Assembly: GCA_036338595.1 (NCBI GenBank)
Contig: JAYZBV010000073.1
Location: 14,635-78,634 of the forward strand
Reading direction: 5' to 3'
Source of the DNA: Planctomycetota bacterium
GTDB taxonomy: Bacteria > Planctomycetota > UBA8108 > UBA1146
Length of the DNA: 64,000 nucleotides
Shown here: piece after piece, positions 19,352 to 29,535 of the stretch
How the letters are laid out: each line of letters begins with the position of its first letter
How positions within the stretch are numbered: position 1 is the stretch's first letter
Notes under the pieces: generated by a model
The model's database searches: none
Seen by the model: the letters and a program-made list of their open reading frames with translations, nothing else
Told to the model about the DNA's origin: nothing
Program-made: the position numbers and the translations under genes

Positions 19352-20434
19352 TCAGAAGGGCAGATCCCCTTCTCCGGATGCCGCATCCGCTGGACCAGCT
19401 GCGTCCCTACCTCCAGATGGTCTCGAAGGCGTACTCGGTGGTGTCGTGAATCCTGCAGTGCCCTGATAATCGAGATTGCGAGGAAAGTAGGGCCGAACAT
19501 CGAGCATGTAGGCGTGAGATCCGAACCTTGAATCTTCAGGACCTGGCTTTGCGTTCCTGAATAGTTCCATGTAGCCCATCAATTTTGCATCGAGGTTGTC
19601 GATGTAGTGCATTGCCAACGCCTCAGCGGTCATCGGCTTCTTGGGTGATCCGAACTCCAATTGCCCGTGGTGACTGGCGACCACATGCTGGATCTGGAGC
19701 AGCAATTCTCTGTCGATATCGCCCACTTCCCGTGAAGCTTCGTCAATCCAGTTGCAGCACAGCACGATGTGGCCAAGTAGCTGGCCTTCATCGGTGTAAC
19801 TGAAACCGTTTTCAATGCCGAGTTCTGTTGTTTTTGCGATGTCGTGAAGGATGACTCCACTGATGAGGATGTCCCGGTCGAGCCATGGGTAGTGATCACA
19901 GACATAATCTGCAAGTTTCAGCAACGAGACGATGTGCTCGAGCAGTCCGCCAATATATGCGTGGTGCATCGACTTTCCTGCAGGTGAGACTCTCAGCTGA
20001 TCTCGAAGACCCGGTCGCTCAAGGATGGTCACGACCAGATTGCGAAGACTCTCGTTCTGGATGCTCACTATTCGTTGTTCCAGCTCTCTCTCCAGTGTTT
20101 CGATGTCACACGGAGTACGAGGCAGAAATTCAGCTGCCTGAAGGCCAGCTTCACTGGCAGAGACTGGCTCAAGGGTATCGATGATGATCTGCAGGTTTCC
20201 CTGGTACTCTTCGACTCGACCATTGATACGCAGAAACGGGTTCCGGTCGATTTCCTTGAACTCTTCCTGGCTGCTCTCCCAGCGCACTGCCTTCACTCCC
20301 GCAGTGTGATCCCTGAGAGTCATCGGGATGAAGAACTTGCCGTTGCGAGCGGTCTTCAGATTGGCTCCCTCGACGAGAAAGATCCCCTCGAGGCGGTCTC
20401 CACTGGTGATCGAGTCGAGGCTGCGCTGGTCCAA
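19352..20434 (-). CDS. YhaM/Cbf1-like 3'-5' exoribonuclease (OB-fold plus HD domain)
   Basis: N-terminal OB fold (LRDHT...INGRVEEYQG); MHHAYIGGLLEH, LHDIAK, SHHG..EFGSPKKP, HYIDNLDAK. Confidence 0.88.
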   Translation of the reverse strand: MDQRSLDSITSGDRLEGIFLVEGANLKTARNGKFFIPMTLRDHTAGVKAVRWESSQEEFKEIDRNPFLRINGRVEEYQGNLQIIIDTLEPVSASEAGLQAAEFLPRTPCDIETLERELEQRIVSIQNESLRNLVVTILERPGLRDQLRVSPAGKSMHHAYIGGLLEHIVSLLKLADYVCDHYPWLDRDILISGVILHDIAKTTELGIENGFSYTDEGQLLGHIVLCCNWIDEASREVGDIDRELLLQIQHVVASHHGQLEFGSPKKPMTAEALAMHYIDNLDAKLMGYMELFRNAKPGPEDSRFGSHAYMLDVRPYFPRNLDYQGTAGFTTPPSTPSRPSGGRDAAGPADAASGEGDLPF

Positions 20435-20555
20435 AGGGACCCCCCATCGGTTTTCTGGAGCGATTTTTCAGGTCGAGGATCTGCTTCCCCGGTCGATTCC
20501 TGACATTCTGGTGAGTCTCCACGCTTCCAGGTCGCCTCGCAACCCCTGACGGGAC

Positions 20556-22592
20556 TTGCAGCAACTTGTGGATACGGCAAGATCGAGACTCTGGACTCGA
20601 TACCGATCACCTCGATGGGAGGCTCCTTTGGCCCTCAGTGGCAACTTCTTGGCGCGACTTCGCCTCGTCCTGGCTGGCCTGGCCATCTTGATCATGCTCC
20701 CCGGTTCAGCCTCAGCGGCGGATGTGAGGCTTCGCATGGTCGGAGGGGGGAAGCTGGAAGGAAGAGTGTACGACCTCGGAAGTGAATACCTGGAATTGAG
20801 CCGAAGGCTCGGATCCACGATCGTGCTCAAGCGAGACGTTGCCAGCTGGAGTTTGCTGGAAAAGCAGAAAGCCGAGCCCAAGGGTATCTTGCTCGTTCTC
20901 GAAGAAGGTCACGAGGTGGGAGGGAATGTTCGCTTCGACACTGACACACTAGAATGGGTAGTTGATCTTGAACTGGGAAGCGCCAGATACCCGGATTCAG
21001 ATGTCAGTCGCACCATCCAACCGAATGGGGTCTGTAGCGATGATCGCTTCACACTTCGGATCGGGTTCGAGGATCGGATTCATCTAGCGATCAATGGCGT
21101 GATCAATGGCGCCCCTTTCGAAAGGGAAGAGGGTGCCCAGTTCATCCGATCTGCTGGTTTCTTCAGTGTCAGATATCTGGAGGAAGCGCTCCAAAAGTCC
21201 CATCATCCGATCCTTCGTCGACTGCAACTGGAAGAGCAACTTCGTACCGCTCTTCCGGCAGGGATCACTGAAACCAGGCCTGGTTTCTTGAAACAGATCA
21301 CCCAGGGGTCCGCATCGGAACAGGTGGAAGTTCTGAGGGAAGCACTCCAGGAGCATGGATCCGATCTTTACCCCCTGCTCGGATTGTTGTTGCTCGATGA
21401 TGCGCAGAGCGCTCGGGTTCGCACATTCTCGGTAGATGTGCTGCAGAGAACACACAGTATCCGTGAGCTGGTCACTGCCTGGGAACGGTCCGAGGGGCAG
21501 GCTCAACTGGTACTGGCCATCGCGCTCGGCGAGAACGGAATCCATCTCGGAATCTCTACCCTGATCGATGCATTGGCACTGGAAGAGAGTGCTGCACGCG
21601 CCATTGCAGCAAAAAAACTACTCGAGTACACCGGCGAACTGTTTGGCTACGAAGCCGATGGAGATCCAGACGGCCGCGCCGAATCGATCCGACAGTGGCG
21701 CGCCTGGTGGAAGCAGAATCGCATGCGCGTCGAGTCGATTGCCATTTCCGTTCTCGATGGAAAAGATCTCAGCATGGAACGGCGCAAGGCGTCCGATCTC
21801 TGGCGACAGGGGATCGAAGCAGAGGCAGAGAAGAGATATGAGGTGGCGGAGCGAATCTACCGTGAGGCGATCAAGATCGATCCCACCGCCATGGGGCCCT
21901 TTGTCAGCCTGGGGATTCTTCAGTACCAGTATAATGCCGACTACGAAGGGGCTCTCGAATCCTTTCGCCGTGCCATCGGCCGCGAAGCGGGGCTGGGTGA
22001 CGGAGCAAACGAAAAGATCTGCTACTTCCACATCGGACGAATCTACCAGTTTGGTCTCGACTTTGATCGTGCCCGCGGAGCACTGTTGAAGGCTGTCAGC
22101 CTCGATAGAAACTATGCCGCTGCCTGGTACGAGCTAGGAAAAATTCAATACGAAGAAGCACTTCTGGCTCGTGGTGGAATCGACGAGAGAAGGGAACTTC
22201 TGGAAATTGCCCGCGACACCTTCCGCAGCGGAATCGAGGCGCTGGCACGATATCGAGAGGGACTGGTGGTGGTCGACCGAACCAACCTTCCTTTCGATAG
22301 TGCGCTGCCTTTCTCGACCAGGGATCACAATCGAACGCTGCGAGAGTTGAGGGCCAGAATCCTGGAGGAACTGGGACGCTTTCGAGGTCGCATCTCAGCG
22401 ATATCGCTGGTTCTGGGAGATCCGCGAAGGGTGATCCAGGAGCACCGGGCCGCTCGTTCAGAGGGCTCGATGAGCGAGGAACTGGAGAAACTGGTCGTCT
22501 CTGCACGCAAGATTCTCGAGTCCCAATCTGAACCACCTGTGGAACCCGTCCCCACCGGAGGATCTACCGGGGAAGATGATGGCGAACACTGA
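20556..22592 (+). CDS. Exported HEAT/TPR repeat protein of unknown function
   Basis: Signal-like segment; 'YTGELFGY...IRQWRAWW' HEAT-end motif; TPR motifs (AIKIDP, AVSLDRNYAAAWYELG). Start uncertain. Confidence 0.7.
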   Translation: MQQLVDTARSRLWTRYRSPRWEAPLALSGNFLARLRLVLAGLAILIMLPGSASAADVRLRMVGGGKLEGRVYDLGSEYLELSRRLGSTIVLKRDVASWSLLEKQKAEPKGILLVLEEGHEVGGNVRFDTDTLEWVVDLELGSARYPDSDVSRTIQPNGVCSDDRFTLRIGFEDRIHLAINGVINGAPFEREEGAQFIRSAGFFSVRYLEEALQKSHHPILRRLQLEEQLRTALPAGITETRPGFLKQITQGSASEQVEVLREALQEHGSDLYPLLGLLLLDDAQSARVRTFSVDVLQRTHSIRELVTAWERSEGQAQLVLAIALGENGIHLGISTLIDALALEESAARAIAAKKLLEYTGELFGYEADGDPDGRAESIRQWRAWWKQNRMRVESIAISVLDGKDLSMERRKASDLWRQGIEAEAEKRYEVAERIYREAIKIDPTAMGPFVSLGILQYQYNADYEGALESFRRAIGREAGLGDGANEKICYFHIGRIYQFGLDFDRARGALLKAVSLDRNYAAAWYELGKIQYEEALLARGGIDERRELLEIARDTFRSGIEALARYREGLVVVDRTNLPFDSALPFSTRDHNRTLRELRARILEELGRFRGRISAISLVLGDPRRVIQEHRAARSEGSMSEELEKLVVSARKILESQSEPPVEPVPTGGSTGEDDGEH

Positions 22593-22758
22593 ACCCAGTT
22601 CCACCCCGGGTCTCGTTGCACCGCATCCCCTGGCACGATAATCTGTCCCGTCGACTCCCGGTTCTACGGAGCCAGAATCGGGTGATGTCTCCTGATTTCT
22701 CTCGCGCGTCCCGGTTTGTTCCGGAGATCAGGTCACTCAACAGGGAAAGGAATCCGGT

Positions 22759-23931
22759 GTGAAGATCCATGAGTACCAGGCAAAGCAACTGCTGAAGCAG
22801 CATCAGATTCCAGTGCCTCGTGGCGTGATGGCCGTGAATGTCGAGCAAGCGCTCGCTGCTGCTCAGGAACTGGGGGATGGGCCCTGGGTAGTCAAGGCGC
22901 AGATCCATGCTGGCGGTCGCGGTAAGGGTGGTGGGGTCCGCGTCACGCAGACGATGGAGGAGTGCAGGGAGGCGATCGAAGCGATCCTGGGAATGCAACT
23001 GGTGACCCATCAAACCGGAGCAGCAGGACAGCAGGTGAATACCATCCTCATCGAAGAAGGGTGTGATATCGCACGAGAGATTTACTGCGGAATGGTGATC
23101 GACCGGGCCAGGGAAAAGCCAGTGTTGATGGCCAGCGCCGAGGGTGGCATGGATATCGAGGAGGTCGCGGCGACGCGTCCAGATGCCATCTTCTTCGAAG
23201 AAATCGACCTCGACAACGGTCTCTCCGAGGAGGCTGCTCGTTCGGTGGCTGAAAGGCTAGACCTCGAGGGAAAGACGATGGATCAGTTTGTCGATGTGGT
23301 ATGCAAACTGGCCAGAGTATTTGTCGAGCAGGATTGCTCTCTTGCAGAAATTAACCCGATGGTTGTCACAACTGACGGAGATGTGGTCGCACTCGACGCC
23401 AAGATCAATTTCGATGACAACGCCGAGTTCCGTCATCCAGAGCATGCAGAGCTCAGGGACCTGGCAGAGGAAGATCCGAGGGAAACTCGCGCTTCGGAGT
23501 GGGATCTTTCCTATGTGGGGATGGATGGAACCATCGGATGCATGGTCAATGGGGCCGGGCTAGCCATGGCAACGATGGACATCATCAAGTTGCACGGCGG
23601 AGAGCCCGCAAACTTTCTTGATGTGGGTGGGACAGCGACTGCAGACAGGGTCACTGAGGCATTCAAGATCATCCTCGAGGATCCCGATGTGGCAGCGATT
23701 CTCGTCAACATCTTCGGGGGGATCATCCGGTGCGATCTGATTGCCGAGGGAATCGTTCAGGCTGCAACGCAGATCCAGCTTCAGGTTCCTCTGGTGGTTC
23801 GGCTTGAGGGAAATTCAGTCGCAGAGGGGCACGCCCTCCTGGAGAGTTCCGGAATAAATGTCATCTCAGCAGATGACCTGGAAGATGCAGCCCGCAAGGC
23901 CGTGGCCGCTGCGGACGGAGGAAGAGGATGA
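22759..23931 (+). CDS. sucC: Succinyl-CoA synthetase beta subunit
   Basis: [44 protein letters not shown]. Confidence 0.98.
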   Translation: MKIHEYQAKQLLKQHQIPVPRGVMAVNVEQALAAAQELGDGPWVVKAQIHAGGRGKGGGVRVTQTMEECREAIEAILGMQLVTHQTGAAGQQVNTILIEEGCDIAREIYCGMVIDRAREKPVLMASAEGGMDIEEVAATRPDAIFFEEIDLDNGLSEEAARSVAERLDLEGKTMDQFVDVVCKLARVFVEQDCSLAEINPMVVTTDGDVVALDAKINFDDNAEFRHPEHAELRDLAEEDPRETRASEWDLSYVGMDGTIGCMVNGAGLAMATMDIIKLHGGEPANFLDVGGTATADRVTEAFKIILEDPDVAAILVNIFGGIIRCDLIAEGIVQAATQIQLQVPLVVRLEGNSVAEGHALLESSGINVISADDLEDAARKAVAAADGGRG

Positions 23932-24806
23932 GCATTCTCGTCAACTCCGATACGCGCATGATCGTACAGGGTATCACCGGACGTAACGGAACCCTACACA
24001 GCGAGCAGATGATCGAATATGGCACCAATGTCGTGGGGGGAGTGACTCCCGGGAAGGGAGGGTCTCGCCACCTCGATCTCCCCGTCTTCGATGATGTGGT
24101 CACTGCCAGGAGTGAGACCGATGCCAATGCCAGCATCATCTATGTGCCGGCACGCTTCGCAGCCGCGGCAGTGATCGAGGCAGCGGAGGCAGGAATCGCC
24201 TTCATCGTCTGTATCACTGAAGGTACTCCGACCCTCGACATGATTCGAGCCAAGGATGCGGTGAGCGCCAACGGAGCCAGACTGCTCGGTGCGAATTGTC
24301 CAGGTATCATCACCCCCGGTGAGTGCAAGGCGGGGATCATGCCTGGGTTCATTCATCGGCCAGGAACCGTGGGAGTTGTCAGTCGCAGTGGAACCCTCAC
24401 ATACGAAGCAGTTCACCAGGTCACGCAGATGGGCCTGGGTCAGAGTACCTGCGTGGGAATTGGTGGAGATCCCATCATCGGGACCACATTCCTGGATGTA
24501 CTGAAACTCTTCAACGATGACCCGGCAACGGAGTCCATCGTGATGGTCGGGGAAATTGGCGGCACTGCGGAAGAAGAGGCGGCGGATTTCATCGCTTCGG
24601 AGGTCAATAAACCGGTGGTCGGGTTCATCGCTGGCAGAACAGCACCTCCTGGCCGCCGAATGGGTCACGCAGGTGCCATCGTCAGTGGAGGCAAAGGGAC
24701 TGCGGAAGACAAGATCAAGGCACTGGAACGAGCAGGAGCGATGGTCGCTGATTCCCCGGCGGGAATTGGTACCACGCTTTCGGAATTACTGGCAGCACAG
24801 AACTAG
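23928..24806 (+). CDS. sucD: Succinyl-CoA synthetase alpha subunit
   Basis: [27 protein letters not shown] phospho-His motif. Confidence 0.98.
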   Translation: MSILVNSDTRMIVQGITGRNGTLHSEQMIEYGTNVVGGVTPGKGGSRHLDLPVFDDVVTARSETDANASIIYVPARFAAAAVIEAAEAGIAFIVCITEGTPTLDMIRAKDAVSANGARLLGANCPGIITPGECKAGIMPGFIHRPGTVGVVSRSGTLTYEAVHQVTQMGLGQSTCVGIGGDPIIGTTFLDVLKLFNDDPATESIVMVGEIGGTAEEEAADFIASEVNKPVVGFIAGRTAPPGRRMGHAGAIVSGGKGTAEDKIKALERAGAMVADSPAGIGTTLSELLAAQN

Positions 24807-24862
24807 GCCCCTGAGGTCGTAAAGTACCAGTGGCTCCCCTGGGGTCACGAGAGGATGCAATC

Positions 24863-25807
24863 ATGGCGCGACGAAAGATCGGAGTGATCGGCGGGGGATT
24901 CGTCGGTTCAACCACAGCTCAACGGTTGGCAGAGAAGGAACTCGGGGATGTGGTTCTGGTCGATATCCTGGAGGGAATGCCGCAGGGCAAGGCTCTCGAT
25001 CTGGCCCAGGCAGCTCCTGTCTGCGGATACGACTCCTGCGTCACCGGGGCGAATGATTACGCAAGCCTGGATGGTGCGGAACTGGTGATCATCACCGCTG
25101 GAATGCCACGTAAGCCAGGCATGGATCGTTCCGACCTGCTTCGGGTCAACGGTGAGATCCAGCAAAAGGTGGTCACTGGAATCATGGAGGTCGCTCCCGA
25201 AGCGACTCTTGTCATCGTCTCCAATCCACTCGATGTGATGTGCTTCGTTGCTCATCAGGTTTCGGGACTGCCCAGAAGCAAGGTCGTGGGGATGGCGGGA
25301 GTGCTCGATACCGCTCGCTACCGCACCTTCATTGCGATGGAACTCGGTTGTTCCCACAAGGATATTCAGGCGATGGTGTTGGGGGGGCACGGTGACAGCA
25401 TGGTACCGCTTACATCCACTGCATCCGTCAGCGGGATTCCCGTCTCGCAATTGATCTCCCAGGAGCGGCTGGAAGAGTTGGTGAACCGGACGCGTCACGG
25501 AGGAGCAGAGATCGTCAATCTGTTGAAGACGGGAAGTGCCTACTACGCACCCAGTGCCGCAGCAGTGGCGATGGCAGAGTCGATCCTGCTCGACCAGAAA
25601 CGGGTTCTACCCTGCTGCACACTCCTCGACGGCCAGTATGGAATAGACGACACGTGGGTAGGAGTTCCCGCAGTACTCGGTGCTGCCGGAGTCGAGAAGG
25701 TACTCGAAGTAGATCTGAACGAAACTGAACTGGATGCACTCAGGTCATCGGCGTCCAGTGTGCATGAGGGACAGGGTGAGGTCGCTCAGATGTTGAGTCT
25801 GGCCTGA
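24863..25807 (+). CDS. mdh: Malate dehydrogenase (LDH-like)
   Basis: GGGFVG, ITAGMPRKPGMDRSDL, SNPLD, GGHGD, KTGSAYYAP. Confidence 0.96.
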   Translation: MARRKIGVIGGGFVGSTTAQRLAEKELGDVVLVDILEGMPQGKALDLAQAAPVCGYDSCVTGANDYASLDGAELVIITAGMPRKPGMDRSDLLRVNGEIQQKVVTGIMEVAPEATLVIVSNPLDVMCFVAHQVSGLPRSKVVGMAGVLDTARYRTFIAMELGCSHKDIQAMVLGGHGDSMVPLTSTASVSGIPVSQLISQERLEELVNRTRHGGAEIVNLLKTGSAYYAPSAAAVAMAESILLDQKRVLPCCTLLDGQYGIDDTWVGVPAVLGAAGVEKVLEVDLNETELDALRSSASSVHEGQGEVAQMLSLA

Positions 25808-25820
25808 GTCCGGATCCGAC

Positions 25821-26300
25821 TCACAGACGACGGCTGAGCATCTGCTGGAAGAGTTTCTTCTCATCGGCATCGTGCTGATCGAGCAGGTCGGCACGGCCGA
25901 GAGCAAAGAGTGCAAGCCTCAGATCCTGTCCGCTGGCGGTCAGCGTGGCTTCGAGCAGTTTTCGTTCCTCATCACCGAGGCTACGCATCGCTTCGATCAT
26001 GCGTTTTTCCTTCAGGCTTACCTTGATGGAGCGGCTTCTGGTTTCACGTCTGGAGACCGATTGCAAATTTTCGAGCAAAGCGGATCGTGGTGGAGGATAT
26101 GGCGCCTCTTCATCGAGGATGTAATCCGAAGTGACTCCCAGTTCCCTGGCGATTCTCAGAGCGACGGGGCCTCGGGGCTGATGAATCCCTGCCTCGATCC
26201 GTGACAGCGCACTCGGGGTGACAGAGGTCATTGCGGCGAGAGAACTCTGGGCAACGCCCAGATCCTTGCGGAGATTCATGATCTTTCGGCCGATCTGCAT
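25821..26300 (-). CDS. XRE-family helix-turn-helix transcriptional regulator
   Basis: IGRKIMNLRKDLGVAQSSLA...SALSRIEAG..QP...IARELGVTSDYIL. Confidence 0.85.
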   Translation of the reverse strand: MQIGRKIMNLRKDLGVAQSSLAAMTSVTPSALSRIEAGIHQPRGPVALRIARELGVTSDYILDEEAPYPPPRSALLENLQSVSRRETRSRSIKVSLKEKRMIEAMRSLGDEERKLLEATLTASGQDLRLALFALGRADLLDQHDADEKKLFQQMLSRRL

Positions 26301-26363
26301 AGTAATTCAGCGCCTCTCTGCGATGAGGAGGCAGGAACGATTCACCATTCAGGTGGTTCCCGC

Positions 26364-26378
26364 TACATCGTCGATGTA
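26364..26378. promoter_or_regulatory. Perfect palindrome TACATCG-T-CGATGTA; candidate operator
   Basis: Lies in the divergent gap between the XRE gene and the DHH gene, just downstream of a minus-strand TTGACT (26386-26391). Confidence 0.45.
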
Positions 26379-26481
26379 AAAACAGAGTCAAGGCTGCGGA
26401 AGCGGTCCGGGGATGCGCCGACCGCGACCCGCAGGCGTTCATGGTATTGCGAAAACGCAATTGCCGCAAGAGAGGCATTTG

Positions 26482-27519
26482 ATGTCGAGTGGAATCCAAC
26501 TATGGGAGCCGGGGCCGGTTCCACCTGGGCTGCTGGCAGCGCTTCGCAAGTCGAAGCTGCCGCTGATCCTGACCCACATTTACCCCGATGGAGATGCACT
26601 GGGATCTGCAGTCTCGATGCACAGGGCGCTGGAACAACTGGGAGCCCGTCCCCGGACGATCTTGACTCATCCGGTACCCGAGAAACTGAGTTTCATCGAT
26701 CATGATTCCGTGGCGGAACTGCTCGACGGGGAACCGAATCCGGAGCAGCTCGATGTAGTGAGGAAAGCAGATCTGATCCTCGTCGTCGATACCTCGGCGC
26801 GAGACCGACTGGGCCACATGAAGGGCGCCATCGAGTCGAGTGATGCTCCCAGGGTCTGCATCGATCATCATCTCGATGGCGATACCGATTTCTTTTCCGA
26901 GATCTGGTGTGAACCCGGCTCCCCTTCGACGGGCAACCTGGTTCTCGAGGTGATCGAGGCACTCGAGTGCGAACTGCTCTCCACCACAGCTGAATCGCTC
27001 TTTGTCGCCATCGCGACAGATACTGGCTGGTTTCGATATTCAAACTCGGGATCGGTGGCGTACAGATACGCTGCCCGGCTGGTTGAACTTGGCGTCGATC
27101 CGGAGCCCATATTTCAAAGAATCTTCCAGTCCTTTTCGATGCAAAGAACGCTCCTGCTCGGTGACCTGCTGGCGGGGCTGGAATCGCAGGAAGGGAACAA
27201 GATCGTCTATTCGGTGCTGTCGGAGCCGATGCGCCGCAAGCGAGGAGTGGATCTGGAGGATCTGGATGGCTTTGTCGACTCTCTGGGACAGGTCGGAGGC
27301 AGTGAGATCGTGATCCTCGTCGTTGAAGTTGGTCGTGGGAGATATAAAGTATCCCTTCGGTCGAGGGGCGAGTTTTCGGTGCATACCATCGCCTCTCATT
27401 TCGACGGTGGAGGTCATGCAAAAGCGGCGGGATGCCGCCTCGAAGGTACCGAGGAGCAGATTCTTTCAAGATTGCTGGCAGAGTGCCGCAAGACCCTGGG
27501 TGTCGGCGGACCGGTCTGA
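26482..27519 (+). CDS. nrnA: DHH/DHHA1 phosphoesterase (NrnA-like nanoRNase/pAp phosphatase)
   Basis: THIYPDGDALGS, VVDT, IDHH, TDTGWFRY, SLRS, GGGHAKAAG. Confidence 0.88.
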   Translation: MSSGIQLWEPGPVPPGLLAALRKSKLPLILTHIYPDGDALGSAVSMHRALEQLGARPRTILTHPVPEKLSFIDHDSVAELLDGEPNPEQLDVVRKADLILVVDTSARDRLGHMKGAIESSDAPRVCIDHHLDGDTDFFSEIWCEPGSPSTGNLVLEVIEALECELLSTTAESLFVAIATDTGWFRYSNSGSVAYRYAARLVELGVDPEPIFQRIFQSFSMQRTLLLGDLLAGLESQEGNKIVYSVLSEPMRRKRGVDLEDLDGFVDSLGQVGGSEIVILVVEVGRGRYKVSLRSRGEFSVHTIASHFDGGGHAKAAGCRLEGTEEQILSRLLAECRKTLGVGGPV

Positions 27520-27561
27520 GATCTCACTGGAGAACGGACGGAAGAAGGGGTGCGGTAAAGA

Positions 27562-28791
27562 ATGAGTTCAGATCTGCTGAATCGCACCGCGATCCTGATG
27601 CTGTTGCTGAGTAGCCTTCCTGGTTGCACTCCACCCGCAGAACCGGAAGTTGTCGATGTTGCTCCTCAGAAGTCTCCCGAGCAGATTGCCAGGGAACTGG
27701 AACAGATCCGTCAGGCCGGTTACCAGACCCGTTACGATGGAATCTCCAAGGCGATCCGCACCAATCCAGATCAGTTCGATGATTGGATCGGCCACCTCGA
27801 GGACCTGATCTACGCCTCGGAGGGAACCAAGGTCGAGATCAAGGCCAAGAATCTGCTCGATCAGCAATTGCAGTATCGCGAGGACGAGGGCAAGAAGAGC
27901 CTCGACCTCTTGGCCGCCAGGGTCGAGAGCCTCATCGCAGAAGGGGATCCACTGGCAGCAGAACGGATCCTCGAGGAGTTCGATCCAGATGGCACCTATG
28001 AGAAGACTGCAGCCCACCAGGGTTGGAAGGATCTCCAGGAGCAAGTGGCCATTCGCCAGCGCGCAGAGGTCGATTTCGACCGCATCACCCGCAGGGCGCG
28101 CGCCTATCGTCGCCAGGAGGAACTGGCTGAAGCGATTGGCCTGCTCGAGTCCTTCTCCGATGAGTACAAGGGAACCAAGGAGTATGACGAGGTGGTCGTG
28201 ACGATAGCAGAGTACCTCGCTGAGTATGAGGTGGCTCGAGCTGCACAGCAGGAGCAACTTTCGATCGAATGGATCGACCTCCCCATCGACCAGTATCTGT
28301 CGTCATTTCGAGCCTCTACATCCGATCCAGATGCCACTGCATGGTCAGCGGAGGGGGGAGAGGCGATCGGGAACAACACCAGCACTGGACTGGCTCAACT
28401 GGAGATCGGTGAGGACAGCTGGGAGGAATATTCGGTCGAGATGGAGATCCAGCTCATTTCCGGTGACTCGATCAATCTCGGGATCACTGCGGGTATGCGT
28501 CCTGGTGCTGGGATCAAAAATTACGATGTTCACAGTTTCGATGCCGAGGAGGAAGAGTGGCTGCGGATCCGGATCGAACTCAAGGAAGGTCTCATCCGTT
28601 TGACTGATCTCGATAGCCTGGAACGCCTCGACGAAGACACGCGTCCATACTTTCCTGCGGGAGGGATCGCAGTCCTCTTGAAACCAGATGACTCGGTCCG
28701 CCTTCGCAACATCCGTTACAAAGTCTTTCGACCTGTCCCCGGCGAGGAAGAAGCGCCAGAGGATGGGGCGGAGGACGATACGGAAGGGTAG
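27562..28791 (+). CDS. Acidic lipoprotein: helical N-terminal half, beta-sandwich-like C-terminal domain
   Basis: Lipobox-like LSSLPG-C; helical repeats, then a 'WEEYSVEMEIQL...VRLRNIRYK' beta region. Confidence 0.65.
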   Translation: MSSDLLNRTAILMLLLSSLPGCTPPAEPEVVDVAPQKSPEQIARELEQIRQAGYQTRYDGISKAIRTNPDQFDDWIGHLEDLIYASEGTKVEIKAKNLLDQQLQYREDEGKKSLDLLAARVESLIAEGDPLAAERILEEFDPDGTYEKTAAHQGWKDLQEQVAIRQRAEVDFDRITRRARAYRRQEELAEAIGLLESFSDEYKGTKEYDEVVVTIAEYLAEYEVARAAQQEQLSIEWIDLPIDQYLSSFRASTSDPDATAWSAEGGEAIGNNTSTGLAQLEIGEDSWEEYSVEMEIQLISGDSINLGITAGMRPGAGIKNYDVHSFDAEEEEWLRIRIELKEGLIRLTDLDSLERLDEDTRPYFPAGGIAVLLKPDDSVRLRNIRYKVFRPVPGEEEAPEDGAEDDTEG

Positions 28792-28801
28792 CCGCACCGC
28801 G

Positions 28802-29524
28802 GTGACCGCCTTCGATGCCAGCCAACTAGGTAACTGGGAGCAGGATGTCGCCAGTCTCGCGGGCATGCTTGTCCATGAGGTAAAGAATCCACTCTCGACT
28901 CTGAATATTTCCTCCCAGTTGCTCCTCGAGGAACTGGGAGATGCGGAGTCTCCACGCCAGCAAAGGACTCTTCGCCGCCTCGAGATGATGAAATCGGAGA
29001 TCCAGCGGATTGAACACATCATCTCCTCGTTTCTCCAGTTGACCCGACCTCAGCAGATGCAGCGTGATTCAGTGGACATCTCTCGTCTGGTCGAAAATGT
29101 CATTTCACGTAATCGAGAGGCGATCGAACTGGAAGGGGTCAGTATCCTGTTTCAACCGCAGGAGACTTCTCGGGTCGCAGGAGACGAGACGTTGCTCCAT
29201 CAGGCGATCTTGAACCTGATCCTCAACGGGCGTTCTGCGATGCCAGATGGTGGAGAACTGTTCATCCGTGTGCTCGAATCGAACTACCGCGGTGGGGATG
29301 CAGTCGTCGTTGAGGTGACCGATACCGGCGTTGGAATCTCCAAGGATGCGATTCCGAGGATTTTTCGTCCCTATGTTTCGACCACCGAAGGCGGAACCGG
29401 GCTTGGTCTTCCCACTACATTGCGGATCATCCGCCTCCATGGGGGTACGATCCTGGTCGAGAGCGAAGAGGGACAAGGGAGCCGATTCTCCGTGGTTCTG
29501 CCGACGCAGGGTTCAGTCAGTTGA
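28802..29524 (+). CDS. Histidine kinase (HisKA plus HATPase only, no sensor domain)
   Basis: H-box HEVKNPL, N-box NLILNG, DTGVG, GTGLGL. GTG at 28802 is the first start after the upstream stop. Confidence 0.9.
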   Translation: MTAFDASQLGNWEQDVASLAGMLVHEVKNPLSTLNISSQLLLEELGDAESPRQQRTLRRLEMMKSEIQRIEHIISSFLQLTRPQQMQRDSVDISRLVENVISRNREAIELEGVSILFQPQETSRVAGDETLLHQAILNLILNGRSAMPDGGELFIRVLESNYRGGDAVVVEVTDTGVGISKDAIPRIFRPYVSTTEGGTGLGLPTTLRIIRLHGGTILVESEEGQGSRFSVVLPTQGSVS

Positions 29525-29535
29525 AGGGCAACACG

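Noticed and set aside
22616..22650. TGGCACG upstream of sucC as a sigma54 promoter
   Set aside because: No GC at the -12 position; the alternative TTGCAC/GATAAT pair has only a 15-nt spacer.
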